Positions 1-9,700 of a DNA stretch of 64,000 nucleotides are shown here, one piece after another. The DNA comes from an uncultured delta proteobacterium (GTDB taxonomy: Bacteria > Myxococcota_A > Polyangia > Polyangiales > Polyangiaceae). Position 1 is the stretch's first letter, and each line of letters begins with the position of its first letter. The notes beneath the pieces were generated by a model. It ran no database searches and had not been told where the DNA came from. It saw only the letters and a list, made by a program, of their open reading frames with translations. The position numbers were made by a program, and so were the translations under genes. The DNA is taken from assembly GCA_963841435.1 (NCBI GenBank), contig CAWJCS010000006.1, positions 320,001 to 384,000 on the forward strand, read 5' to 3'.

Positions 1-2
1 AG

Positions 3-461
3 GGCGTGCGCAACGGCGCGCAGCCGGAATGCGTCAGCGAGTACGGCGTGCCCGACCTACCGGGCAACGTCGACGAAGTCGTAGCGAGCGAAAGCTTCGG
101 CGTGGCGGGCTACAAGGGGAAGTTCGACAGCGTCCACACGGGGGGCCCCTGGTACAAGGGCGTGCGCAACCAGTGCCGTCCGAAGATCTACACGCACGAC
201 GAGGGCTTTTATTACTACTTTCTCGGCTTTCGCTGTTGCGCCGAAGCCGACGGCAAGCCGACCGATCCGCGCACGCCGCACCAGATCAAAGAAGGCTGGC
301 CGCTCGAGCGCGTCGAGCGCTCGGCGGGGTTCACGCTCGACGCGATGAAGAAGAAGCTCGAAGACAAGGCGCACGGCGGCTGTCACTGCGACGACAAGGA
401 CATCCTCTGCAAGACGATGTGCGGCACGCTGCTCGGACCGAGCGCGAAGGACTACCGCTGA
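3..461 (+). CDS. SUMF1/FGE-sulfatase-domain protein, C-terminal part (5' truncated by window edge)
   Basis: CVSEYGVPDLPGNVDE...GGPW...LGFRCC are the C-terminal motifs of the formylglycine-generating-enzyme-like domain; frame is open from the window start. Confidence 0.75.
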   Translation, partial: GVRNGAQPECVSEYGVPDLPGNVDEVVASESFGVAGYKGKFDSVHTGGPWYKGVRNQCRPKIYTHDEGFYYYFLGFRCCAEADGKPTDPRTPHQIKEGWPLERVERSAGFTLDAMKKKLEDKAHGGCHCDDKDILCKTMCGTLLGPSAKDYR

Positions 462-491
462 TCGCGGATGGTCTTGCCGACGAGCGGCGCG

Positions 492-941
492 TCAGCCGAG
501 CAGGCTGACGCCGAGCCGCGCGAGAACGCCGGCTCCGAGGCCGGCGAGCACGTCGTCGAGCATGATACCGAAGCCGCCGTGTAGGCGCTGGACCCAGTCG
601 ATGGGGCCCGGCTTCCAGATGTCGAAGATCCGGAAGAGCAGCACCGCCGCACCTCCCGCGACGACCCCGAGCCCCTGAACGAAGCCGAGCGCGATGAGCG
701 TCCCGGAAACCTCGTCGATCACGACCGATTGCGGGTCGTCGGTTGCTAGCTCGCGCGCGACGCGCCCGCTCGCCCAGATGCCGAGCACGGTGATGGCCAC
801 GGTTGCCGCCCAATACTGCATGGGAGGCAGCCGCAAGAGGACCACCGCGAGGGGCAGGGTGCCGAGCGTCCCCACCGTGCCCGGTGCCACGGGCGAGAGA
901 CCACAGCCGAACCAGGTGGCGAGAACGCGCGCGGGCGACAT
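492..941 (-). CDS. pgpA: Phosphatidylglycerophosphatase A
   Basis: ATWFGCGLSPVAPGTVGTL, DPQSVVIDEV, LFRIFDIWKPGPI and GFGIMLDDVLAG are PgpA motifs; ATG at 941 lies inside the longer 492..1526 ORF. Confidence 0.92.
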   Translation of the reverse strand: MSPARVLATWFGCGLSPVAPGTVGTLGTLPLAVVLLRLPPMQYWAATVAITVLGIWASGRVARELATDDPQSVVIDEVSGTLIALGFVQGLGVVAGGAAVLLFRIFDIWKPGPIDWVQRLHGGFGIMLDDVLAGLGAGVLARLGVSLLG

Positions 942-955
942 CCGCCGAAGCGCTC

Positions 956-1639
956 TTACGGAGCCTCGGCTTCGATGAGCTTGCAGGAATCCGGACGCGC
1001 GAGCATCGGGTTCATGTCCGGCGGTACCCACTGGCCGGGATTCCAGCGAAGCTTGACGCCATCCATCTTGGCGACGAACGTCACCTCGCACTCGATCACG
1101 AAACGCGCGAGCTTGTCCTCGTCGACGCCTGCGGTGGGCTCGCGGTGCAGGCGTGTGGCAAGCACGGGGGTCGCCCACAGCCCGGCGACGAGAATGAGCT
1201 GATTGTCGAGCCAGGTGCGGTACGGCTGGACGACCTTTGCCTTGTTGTCGTCGATGGGCTCTTTGGGGTCGCGAGGCCACGCCTCGTTCTCCGATTTGAA
1301 CCCGCAGTGGTAGCCCGCAAACTCTTTGTCGTGCGCGCAGGCGAGCTTGGCGTAGTCGGCGGTGATGAGCGTGATGGCGACGGTGGCCTTGTTCCCCACC
1401 TCCCACGTGTTCGGCTTCGGCACCGTCGGAATCCTTCGGCTCGAAGATGCTGCCGACCGCCGACATGGGGAGCACCGTCAGCGTGAGCACGATGCCGGTG
1501 GCCCAGAGGAAGCGCCCACCGATCACCTGGGGGGATCCTCCACACGTTTCGGTTTGCGACGGGGCTCCGGGGGGTCGCTGTCACGGTCGCGCCGCCTGGC
1601 CTTCGGGCCCTCCTCGTCGTCCTCGTCACGCTTCACCAT
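956..1639 (-). CDS. Hypothetical single-TM protein, apparently broken by two compensating 1-nt indels (~1530, ~1430)
   Basis: Charged N-terminus from ATG 1639, TM segment (FLWATGIVLTLTVLPM) in another frame, Cys-containing domain 956..1423 back in the first frame. Confidence 0.55.
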
Positions 1640-1767
1640 GGGGGCGCATGGATAGCGCAAAACCGGGTACTACCCCAGGGTGATCTGCGAGGTCATCTGC
1701 ACCACCCCTCGTAAAGTTCCGTTCCATCAGGAAAATCCCTGTAAACGCGATCGCGCGCGCCGCGCGC

Positions 1768-1780
1768 GGTATATTGTCCG
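1768..1780 (+). promoter_or_regulatory. Putative -10 element GGTATATTGTCCG upstream of the dehydrogenase operon
   Basis: TATATT 18 nt before ATG 1793; identical 13-mer at 38093-38105. Confidence 0.45.
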
Positions 1781-1792
1781 GCCTAGGTAACT

Positions 1793-3589
1793 ATGAAACG
1801 ACTCGCGACGCTTGGATGTGCTTCGTTGACCGCGGCGGCCTGGCTTGCCGCCTCGCCTGCCCATGCGGCCACGCTCGCCTCGGGCGACCCCAGTAGCAGC
1901 TTCGACGTCAGCGTCCTCGCCAACGGCCTCTCACAGCCGACAGACGTCGCCGAGCTACCCGACGGCCGAGTCGTCATCACCCAGCGCCTAGGCGACGTCG
2001 TCGTGGTCGAGGCGGACGGTGTCACCCAGACCGAGGCCGGTCACATCAACGTGTCGCCCGACTTCGGCGAGCAGGGTCTGCTCGGCGTCGTCGCGGACCC
2101 TGACTTCGCCACGAACAACACGCTCTACTTCTACGCTTCGGTCGATAGCAACCGCGCGAACAAGCACAAAGTCTATCACATCACGCTCGACTCGAGCAGC
2201 ATGCTCGACTCGGCGCGTGACACCGTCATCGCCAACGGGCTCAAGGGCTCGGGCGGGGGCGACGGCGGCGCCGGCAACCACAACGGCGGCGGCCTCATCA
2301 TCTACAAGGGCAAGCTTTACGTTTCCGTCGGCGACCTCGGCCACAACGCGACGCCGCCCACGAACCACAACGGAACGTGCCTGAACAACGCGAACGGGAA
2401 GATCCTTCGCGTCGACTTCAACGGCGACATCCCCACCGACAACCCGCTCTCGAACGAGGCGATGGTGACCGGATGCAGCGACTGGAACCAGCCGCTGACG
2501 ATGCAGGCTCCCGACACACGGATCTTCGCCTGGGGTTTCCGCAATCCGTACCGCTTCTGGATCGATCCTCAGACGGACCGCCTGTGGGTCGGAGATGTCG
2601 GCGAGACGACGCGCGAGGAGGTCAGCGTCGGCTCGCCGATCACGGCCGCCGGCGGCATGGGTGAGCACTTCGGCTGGCCGTTCGCCGAGGGCACGACGCA
2701 GTACACCCAGCAGCAGCAATCCTTTCAGCCCGCCGGAGCCTGCATGGGCATCACGCCGGCGCGCGCCTGCGTCCCACCCGTCTACGACTACGGTCACTCG
2801 ATGAACAACAACTGCATCATCGGTGGTCTCATCCCCGACGGCTGCGGTTGGGAAGCGCCCTGGACCGCGCGCTACTTCTTCGGCGACAACGGCAGCGGTC
2901 GCGTCTGGACGCTCGACGTGAACCCGGCGCGCGACGGCGTCGTCTCCGGATCAATCCAGGATTTCGCCAGCACGCAGGGCATCGGCTCCTTCCGCATGGG
3001 CGCGAACGGCGTGCTTTACCTCGCCGAGGTGAGCGGCGGCGTGGTTTCCAAAATCACGCCCAAGGGGCTCGACCCGACGACGTGCGCCGGTGGCTCGGGC
3101 GGTACCGGTGGCATGGGCGGCATGAGCGGCTCGGCCGGCACCACGGGTGGTGCGAGCGGCTCGGCCGGTGCGAGCACGGGCGGCGCCGACGGCGGCAGCG
3201 ACATGGGCGGCTCGACGTCCTCCGGCACCGGCGGTGGCGCCGGGACGGGTGCCGGCACGGGCGGCTCGGCAACCGGCGGAGCGAGCACCGGCGGCAGCGC
3301 CGGCACCGGCACGGGCGGAACGGGCACCGGTGGTGGCGGCATGGCCACGGGCGGTGGGTCCGGCACCGGCGGCGCCATGGGCACCGGCGGCAGCGCGCCG
3401 GGCACGGGCGGCTCGTCCGCCGGGACGAGCGGCGGTACCGCGGCCGCCAAGGACGAGGGTGGATGTGGCTGCCGCGTTGCGGGCGGTCGCGGGCGTTACG
3501 GCCTCGCCTTTGCGGGCGCCGTGGGCCTCGTGCTGCTCGGCTCGCGCCGCTGGCGTCGGCGTGGCAAGTCCACGAACGGCCCGTGCTGA
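1793..3589 (+). CDS. PQQ-dependent sugar dehydrogenase (glucose/sorbosone dehydrogenase family) with Gly-rich linker and MYXO-CTERM anchor
   Basis: Signal peptide; GEQGLLG, NHNGG, GKILR, GFRNPYR, VGDVG, HFGWP motifs; C-terminal GGCGCRV + hydrophobic helix + RRWRRR. Confidence 0.88.
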   Translation: MKRLATLGCASLTAAAWLAASPAHAATLASGDPSSSFDVSVLANGLSQPTDVAELPDGRVVITQRLGDVVVVEADGVTQTEAGHINVSPDFGEQGLLGVVADPDFATNNTLYFYASVDSNRANKHKVYHITLDSSSMLDSARDTVIANGLKGSGGGDGGAGNHNGGGLIIYKGKLYVSVGDLGHNATPPTNHNGTCLNNANGKILRVDFNGDIPTDNPLSNEAMVTGCSDWNQPLTMQAPDTRIFAWGFRNPYRFWIDPQTDRLWVGDVGETTREEVSVGSPITAAGGMGEHFGWPFAEGTTQYTQQQQSFQPAGACMGITPARACVPPVYDYGHSMNNNCIIGGLIPDGCGWEAPWTARYFFGDNGSGRVWTLDVNPARDGVVSGSIQDFASTQGIGSFRMGANGVLYLAEVSGGVVSKITPKGLDPTTCAGGSGGTGGMGGMSGSAGTTGGASGSAGASTGGADGGSDMGGSTSSGTGGGAGTGAGTGGSATGGASTGGSAGTGTGGTGTGGGGMATGGGSGTGGAMGTGGSAPGTGGSSAGTSGGTAAAKDEGGCGCRVAGGRGRYGLAFAGAVGLVLLGSRRWRRRGKSTNGPC

Positions 3590-4884
3590 TCGAGAGGTCC
3601 GTCGCGCGCGCTCTCCTTGCGAGCGCTTTCTGCCTGGCGCTGGGCGCCTGTGGGAGCGAATCGTCGGAGCCCGGCGCGGGCGGCGCGTCCGGTATGGGCG
3701 CCGGCGGCACGTCGGGCAGCGGTGTGGGCGGTAGCGCCGGCACCGTCGCGGGAAACGCCGGCGATTCGGGCAGCGGCGGCACCACGGGCGGCGACGGCGC
3801 AGGCGCCGGCGTGTCGGGCGCCGCCGGCTCGGCCGGCACCGCGGGGAACTCGGGCGCGGCGGGTGACGCTGGCGCCGGCGGAAGCGCGGGGGCGACGGCG
3901 TCCGGCTGCATCGTTCCCGCGACGCAGGCGGAGCAGCCCATGCTCCTCACCGAAACGGGCTGCGTCGATCCGAGCGATCCCACCAAGGCCGCGCCCGGGC
4001 TCGTCCCCTACGACGTGAACAGCAGGCTCTGGTCGGACGGTGCGACGAAGGAGCGCTACATGTCGCTCCCCGCGGACTCGAAGATCACGGTGAAGGACTG
4101 CGACATGGATCCCGCGAGCTGCCAGCCCATCGAGATGGGGGGCAGCGGCGAGGACGAAGGGCATTTCGACATGCCCGAGCACACCGTGCTCATGAAGGTG
4201 TTCCTGATCGACGGTAAGCGCATCGAGACGCGGCTGCTCACACGCATCGCGGGCAGCACCTGGGTCGGCTTCAGCTACGAATGGAACGACGAGCAGACCC
4301 AGGCGACACTGCTCCCCGACGCTCTCGACAAGACCGTGGGCTCGCAGACCTGGCACTTCCCGAGCCGCTCGCAGTGCCTCGAATGCCACACCAAGGCGGG
4401 AGGGCGCACGCTCGGGCCCTCGACCCGTCAGCTCGACCGCACGTACAGCTACCCCGAGGGGGACATGAACCAGCTCGAGAAGCTCGTTTCCCTCGGCTAT
4501 CTCGACGCCATGCCCAAGGATCTCGGCGCTTACCCCGACCCCCTCGGCTCCGCCCCGCTCGAGGACCGCGCCCGCTCGTACCTGCAGACCAATTGCTCGA
4601 TCTGCCATCGCGCCGGCGGCACGGTGAGCGACGTGGACCTCCGCTACACCACGTCTTTCAAGGATACCACCCTCTGCAACGGGACGGTGATCAAGGGCAC
4701 GGGCGATCCGGTGCTGCCGCAGATCCGCATCGTTCCGGGCGATCCAGCCGCATCGAACCTGTCGTTTCGCATGCACGACACGGGCTACTACCGGATGCCC
4801 AAGATCGGCTCCTCCCTGGTGGATCCCGACGGCACCGCGTTGATCGACGAGTGGATCACCTCGCTTACCAGCTGCCCTCAGTGA
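3583..4884 (+). CDS. Di-heme c-type cytochrome lipoprotein (SO2930/HNE_0200-like)
   Basis: GTG 3583 overlaps upstream stop; lipobox LGAC; Gly-rich linker; YDVNSRLWSDGATKERY, IETRLL; two CxxCH (CLECH, CSICH); RMPKIG distal Met. Confidence 0.8.
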   Translation: MLIERSVARALLASAFCLALGACGSESSEPGAGGASGMGAGGTSGSGVGGSAGTVAGNAGDSGSGGTTGGDGAGAGVSGAAGSAGTAGNSGAAGDAGAGGSAGATASGCIVPATQAEQPMLLTETGCVDPSDPTKAAPGLVPYDVNSRLWSDGATKERYMSLPADSKITVKDCDMDPASCQPIEMGGSGEDEGHFDMPEHTVLMKVFLIDGKRIETRLLTRIAGSTWVGFSYEWNDEQTQATLLPDALDKTVGSQTWHFPSRSQCLECHTKAGGRTLGPSTRQLDRTYSYPEGDMNQLEKLVSLGYLDAMPKDLGAYPDPLGSAPLEDRARSYLQTNCSICHRAGGTVSDVDLRYTTSFKDTTLCNGTVIKGTGDPVLPQIRIVPGDPAASNLSFRMHDTGYYRMPKIGSSLVDPDGTALIDEWITSLTSCPQ

Positions 4885-6359
4885 TACGAACGCTCTTGAT
4901 GCGTTCCGCGAGGCTCGGCCTCGTTCTCGGGCTCTGCCTGCTCCTGCCTCGCTGCAGTGCCTATCGTGCGGCGCGCGCGCACCTCGAAGGGCCGTTCGCC
5001 GACCGGCTCGTCCTGGACGTGAGCTACGTCATGGGGGCGCGCGGCGCGACGGACATCGCCTTCCACCCCGACGGCCGCGCGATCGTCACGCAGAAGGACG
5101 GCAGCGTCACGGTGCGCCACGCGGACGGGTCCAAGGTCGAGCTCGAGCGCGTCTTTCCGCACGTTGACACGGATTCCGAGAAGGGCTTGCTCGGCGTCGT
5201 GCCCGATCCCAACGTCGCGAAGAACGACACCTTCTACTTCTACGCCGACACGGGCCCCACGGAGGACAAGCACCGCGTGGTCCGCGCCGTGCTCGGCAAG
5301 GACGACACGCTCACGATCGACTTCGACCACCCCGTGATCGGTCGCGATCGCGGCACTGGCCCCGGCCTCGAGGGTCCGCGCAATCACGACGGCGGCGGCA
5401 TGCTCGTCCACGAAGGTAAGCTCTGGGTGGGTGTCGGCGACACGGGCGCAAACGCCACGCCGCCCACCAACAAGTACGCGAGCTGCCTGAACAAGGGTAA
5501 CGGCAAAATCCTGCGCGTGAATTTCGACGGCTCGGTGCCCGACGACAACCCGCTCGTCTCGTTCGCCGAGGTGACCGGTTGCCGGGGCTCCAACGCCGGC
5601 TGGGAGCTTTTGCCGCCCGATCGTCGCATCGTGGCGTGGGGCCTCAGAAATCCCTGGCGCTTCTGGATCGATCCCCACACGAACCTGCTCTGGATCGGCG
5701 ACGTTGGGGAAATCACGCGCGAGGAGATCTCGGTGGGTCACACGGCGGAGCACTATGGCTACCCGTTTTACGAGGGCAACAAGGACTGGTCGCGTGAGGA
5801 TGGCGCGCTCCGGCTCGGAAAGACTTGCGACGAGGGTTTCGTGCCCGCGCGCCCCTGCACGCCCCCCGTCTACGATTACTCGCACGCCGAAGGGACGAGC
5901 GTCACGGGCGGACTGATCCCCGAAGGCTGCGGTTGGTCGAAGGCTTTCGACGGCAAGCTTTTTTATCTCTTCGCCGACTACGGCGCGAACTGGCTCCGCG
6001 CGCTCGAGGTGAAGCCGGATCGCTCGGGCGTCGTGTCGAGCAGCGCCTTGCACTTCGGTCACTTTTCGGGCGGCCCCGCTTCGATTCGCCAGGGGCTCGA
6101 CGGCGCCGTGTACATCGTGTTCAACGGCGGGGGCTACGTGGCGCGGCTCGCGCCGCTTGCCCAGACCGGGCCCGATTGCTCGGCGGGACAGAGCGCGGGC
6201 TCGCGCAGGGGGTCAAAGGGCTGCGGCTGCCGCATGGTCGGCCCGGACGGCGGGGGCGCGGCGCCGCTCGGCGGCCTCGCGCTTTTCGGAGTCGCGGTCG
6301 CGCTCCGCTTTGGCGCCCGCCGGCGCGCTCAGGGGCAGCGGCGGAGCTCGGCCTCGTAG
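4881..6359 (+). CDS. Second PQQ-dependent sugar dehydrogenase paralogue with MYXO-CTERM anchor
   Basis: GTGA overlap at 4881 (alternative ATG 4899); SEKGLLG, NHDGG, GLRNPWR, IGDVG; C-terminal KGCGCRM + TM + RRR. Confidence 0.85.
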   Translation: MIRTLLMRSARLGLVLGLCLLLPRCSAYRAARAHLEGPFADRLVLDVSYVMGARGATDIAFHPDGRAIVTQKDGSVTVRHADGSKVELERVFPHVDTDSEKGLLGVVPDPNVAKNDTFYFYADTGPTEDKHRVVRAVLGKDDTLTIDFDHPVIGRDRGTGPGLEGPRNHDGGGMLVHEGKLWVGVGDTGANATPPTNKYASCLNKGNGKILRVNFDGSVPDDNPLVSFAEVTGCRGSNAGWELLPPDRRIVAWGLRNPWRFWIDPHTNLLWIGDVGEITREEISVGHTAEHYGYPFYEGNKDWSREDGALRLGKTCDEGFVPARPCTPPVYDYSHAEGTSVTGGLIPEGCGWSKAFDGKLFYLFADYGANWLRALEVKPDRSGVVSSSALHFGHFSGGPASIRQGLDGAVYIVFNGGGYVARLAPLAQTGPDCSAGQSAGSRRGSKGCGCRMVGPDGGGAAPLGGLALFGVAVALRFGARRRAQGQRRSSAS

Positions 6360-7228
6360 AGCGCCTTGCCGAGCACTTCGTGCCCGAGCTTGCCGAAGTG
6401 CAGTCCGTCTTGAAACGGCGGCTTGTAGCGCGGACAGAGCCGCTCCGGATCGCCGCACGAGAGGAGCGGGAAAGCGTTGACGACGACGTTGACGCTGCCG
6501 GCATCGGGCTGCTTTCGGATCCAATCGTTGAGCTCGTGCGTCGCCGCCGCACGCTTGGGGTTGAAGTAGCGATTGAAGCCGCCCCAGGGCGTCACCGTGA
6601 TGGCGACGACCCGCAGTCCGAGCCCCTTCGCGGCCTCGTACACGTGGGAAAGGTCACGCTCGATCTTCGCGGGCGTGCGCCCGGCCGTTTCATCGCTGTA
6701 AAGATCGTTGACGCCGCCGAGCACGATGACATGGCTGAAGGTGCCGCGCGGCTCGGCCGCCACGAGGGCATCGAAGCGCTTGCGCATCTGGTTGACCATG
6801 GCGCCGCCCTTCGCGAAGTTGGAAAAGGTGCTCTTCGGACTGTGCGATATCAGGTAGCGCACGTAGGCGCCGCCGCCGTGGTGGAAGTCCGTGAGCGAAT
6901 CGCCGATGAGCGCGACGTGGCAGGGCGCACCCATCGGCGATTCGGGGGCGCCGGGCGGCTCGGCATGGGGTGGCTCCGTCCCGCCGACGGGCGGCGTCGA
7001 GCCCGTCGCCGTCGGGCTCGCTCGGTCGGACGGCGCGGCGTCATCGGGTCGCGCGCTGGCTTCCGCCGCGGCGCGAGGTGACGGCTCCGGAGCCGAGCCG
7101 AGGGGCGGCGGCGCGGCGACCCCGGCGGAGGTCGTCGAGAGCGGCGCCCGCGGCGAGCCGTGCTCGGTGCTCGGCTGGCAAGCGCAGGCGAAAGCAACGA
7201 GAACCGATGCTGCCGCTCGGCCCGTCAA
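6329..7228 (-). CDS. SGNH/GDSL hydrolase-family lipoprotein
   Basis: LIGDSLT, GGVND, DGLHF motifs; FACAC lipobox-like N-terminus; start uncertain (TTG 7228). Confidence 0.82.
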   Translation of the reverse strand: MTGRAAASVLVAFACACQPSTEHGSPRAPLSTTSAGVAAPPPLGSAPEPSPRAAAEASARPDDAAPSDRASPTATGSTPPVGGTEPPHAEPPGAPESPMGAPCHVALIGDSLTDFHHGGGAYVRYLISHSPKSTFSNFAKGGAMVNQMRKRFDALVAAEPRGTFSHVIVLGGVNDLYSDETAGRTPAKIERDLSHVYEAAKGLGLRVVAITVTPWGGFNRYFNPKRAAATHELNDWIRKQPDAGSVNVVVNAFPLLSCGDPERLCPRYKPPFQDGLHFGKLGHEVLGKALYEAELRRCP

Positions 7229-7396
7229 GGTGCGAACACCGGTCCGAGGCGCTCGAGGCGCGCGGTCATGGCCGGATTGTAGCCGTACTCGGGGTCCGCC
7301 GCGGGGGTGGCGTTTCGTCCGCAAATGCGCTCGACGACGGCCTGGTCGCCGAGCCCGCCCGCGCCCGAGTGCGGAAGGCCCTGGTGTTGACGCTCG

Positions 7397-7921
7397 TCAG
7401 CCCTTGCGGGCCGCGCGGCGCCGTTCGCGCTCGATGGCCGCAAGGCGCGTGACGACGCCGCGCGCCACGATCTCGAGCACGTGCACCACCACCTGGCGGC
7501 GCCTTTTCGGGTCCCCTCCGAAATCGACGTGGCTTCGCGCGCTCTTGCCCCGAGGCAGGCGTCCGAGCGCCGTGCACTTGACCCTGAGCACGCCGTCCTT
7601 TTCCACGGCGCTGAGCTCCTCCACGATGACGCGATATTCGATCTTCGCGCCGCGACCGGCGCCCCAGTCCGCGCGGCGGGCCGCCCTCTTCAGCATGTAG
7701 CGGAAGTGTCGTTGCAGGGCGCTCGACCGCGGCAGCGAGCTCGGGAAGACCAACCGGTCGAGGCGCACGCTCGGCCGCCCGGCGGAACGCTGCCCGACAC
7801 CGGGCGCGAACGGCGGCGGGTCGGCGCTGCTCTCGAGGGGGTCGGCGTGCGCACCCGTGGACGCCAGGGCCGAAATCAGCCAAAGCGTGAGCACCCAGAA
7901 GGTGGGAAAACGACGCCGCAC
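7397..7921 (-). CDS. Hypothetical secreted protein
   Basis: Signal-peptide-like N-terminus (AHA-D); fills the gap; no family recognised. Confidence 0.6.
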   Translation of the reverse strand: MRRRFPTFWVLTLWLISALASTGAHADPLESSADPPPFAPGVGQRSAGRPSVRLDRLVFPSSLPRSSALQRHFRYMLKRAARRADWGAGRGAKIEYRVIVEELSAVEKDGVLRVKCTALGRLPRGKSARSHVDFGGDPKRRRQVVVHVLEIVARGVVTRLAAIERERRRAARKG

Positions 7922-7978
7922 TCTCGCCGCTTAGCCGAATAGGACCGCGCGGGCCAAGTTGAAGTAGCGTGCGGGAGC

Positions 7979-9700
7979 ATGGAAGCGAGGTCGAGCGCGC
8001 CGGGTCGGGACCCCGCTCCGGGGGAGACCGACGTCGACGTGGCCGTGATCGGGGGTGGCGTGAACGGCACGGGCGTGGCGCGGGACGCCACGCAGCGCGG
8101 CCTCAAAGTGGCGCTGTTCGAGCGCAACGACCTCGCCTTCGGCGCGAGCGGCAACTCGAGCGGCATGATCCACGGGGGCCCGCGCTATCTCACGAGCGAC
8201 CCGGACGTCACCCACAGCTCGTGCCTCGACTCCGGCCACATCCAGCGCATCGCGCCGCACCTCCTGTTCCGCATCCCGTTCTTGATGCCGGTTTTCCGCA
8301 AGAACGACCTCGTCGCCGAGGCGACGCTCGCCGCGTACGACGCGTTCTTCGAGGTCTACGATCGCTATCAGCCGCTCAAGCGTGGAAAATCGCACGTGCG
8401 GCTCGCGGCGGACGAGCTCTTCGCGCTCGAGCCGGGCATCGTCAAGGAAGCGCGCGGCGGCGTCACCTTCGACGAGTGGGGTATCGACGGCGTGCGGCTG
8501 TGTGTCGCGAACGCCGTCGACGCCGTGGAGCAAGGGGCGACGGTTCGCGTGCGCACCACCGTGACCGAGATCCTTCGCGGCGAGGACGGCCGCGTGCGCG
8601 GCGTCGCGTATCGCGATCGTGAAACGGGCCAGAGTGGGACCTGCACGGCGCGCGTCGTCGTCAACGCGACGGGCGCCTGGGCGCCCATCACGGCTGCGCT
8701 CGGCAAGCTCGCACCCAAGGCCGCGCGCGTCCGGCCGGGCAAGGGCATCCACGTCTTTTTGGATCGTCGGCTCACGAACTACGCCATCGTCGCGCGCGCC
8801 ATCGACGGGCGGCAGGTCTTCCTCTTGCCTTGGCAGAACGTGAGCGTTCTCGGTACGACCGACGACGACTACTACGGCGACCTCGATCGCGTCGTCGCGA
8901 CGGGCGACGAGGTGCGCTACCTGTTCCAGGCCGTCGCGCGCGTCTTCCCCTCGATCTGGCAGGCCCGCGCGATCGGTACCTGGGCAGGCGTGCGCCCGAC
9001 GCTCTACGCGTGGGGCCCCAACGAGGACGAGCTCTCGCGAGAGCACGAGATCCGCGACCACGCGGCCGACGGCGCCGACGGCCTCTACTCGATGCTCGGC
9101 GGCAAGCTCGCGAGCTTTCGCCAGTTTTCCGAGGAGATGACCGACGTGATCGCGCGCCGCCTGCGGGTCTCGGCGAGCTGCCGCACGCACAAGACGCCCT
9201 TGCCGGGCGGCGACGAAACGGTCGATCCCATGCGGCTCGTCGTCGAGGGCGGCATGGAGGCGGTGACGGCGACGCGCCTGGTGTACCGCCACGGGACGCG
9301 CTCGCTCCGCGTGCTCGAGCGTATGTTGAAGGATCCGCGCGAGGCCGCCGTGGTGTGTCCCTGCGAGCCCGTCACCGAAGCCGAGATCCGCTACGCCGTC
9401 GCGCACGAGCTCGCTCGCTCCGTGGAGGACGTGTCGCGCCGCACGCGGCTCGGGCTCGGCGTGTGCGGGGGCGTGCGCTGCGCGGCGCGCTGCGGGAGGA
9501 TCGTCGCCGACATGGGCGAGCGCTCGCCGCGCTTCGGGCTCGAGTCGGCGCGGGATTTCCTCGCCGTGGCGGCGCTCCGGCGTCGCGCCGCCGTGGGCCC
9601 CGAGCAGGCGCGCCAGGAGGCGCTTTCGCTCGCGGCACTGCGCGCCGAGCTCGGTGAGCCGCTCGGTCGCGCGCCCGGGGAGGAAGGCGGCTCCGGTTGA
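7979..9700 (+). CDS. glpA: Glycerol-3-phosphate dehydrogenase, FAD subunit A (GlpA-type, C-terminal BFD-like [2Fe-2S] domain)
   Basis: IGGGVNG, GMIHGGPRYL, VVNATGAW, WAGVRP, GGKLASFR; CPCE...RRTRLGLGVCGGVRC. Confidence 0.88.
   Translation: MEARSSAPGRDPAPGETDVDVAVIGGGVNGTGVARDATQRGLKVALFERNDLAFGASGNSSGMIHGGPRYLTSDPDVTHSSCLDSGHIQRIAPHLLFRIPFLMPVFRKNDLVAEATLAAYDAFFEVYDRYQPLKRGKSHVRLAADELFALEPGIVKEARGGVTFDEWGIDGVRLCVANAVDAVEQGATVRVRTTVTEILRGEDGRVRGVAYRDRETGQSGTCTARVVVNATGAWAPITAALGKLAPKAARVRPGKGIHVFLDRRLTNYAIVARAIDGRQVFLLPWQNVSVLGTTDDDYYGDLDRVVATGDEVRYLFQAVARVFPSIWQARAIGTWAGVRPTLYAWGPNEDELSREHEIRDHAADGADGLYSMLGGKLASFRQFSEEMTDVIARRLRVSASCRTHKTPLPGGDETVDPMRLVVEGGMEAVTATRLVYRHGTRSLRVLERMLKDPREAAVVCPCEPVTEAEIRYAVAHELARSVEDVSRRTRLGLGVCGGVRCAARCGRIVADMGERSPRFGLESARDFLAVAALRRRAAVGPEQARQEALSLAALRAELGEPLGRAPGEEGGSG

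Noticed and set aside
3090..3900. Gly-rich tracts as a repeat element or PGRS-like family
   Set aside because: Ordinary G/S/T/A linkers typical of myxobacterial surface proteins
6329..6359. 31-bp convergent overlap as antisense regulation
   Set aside because: Short 3' overlaps are common in high-GC genomes; no further support
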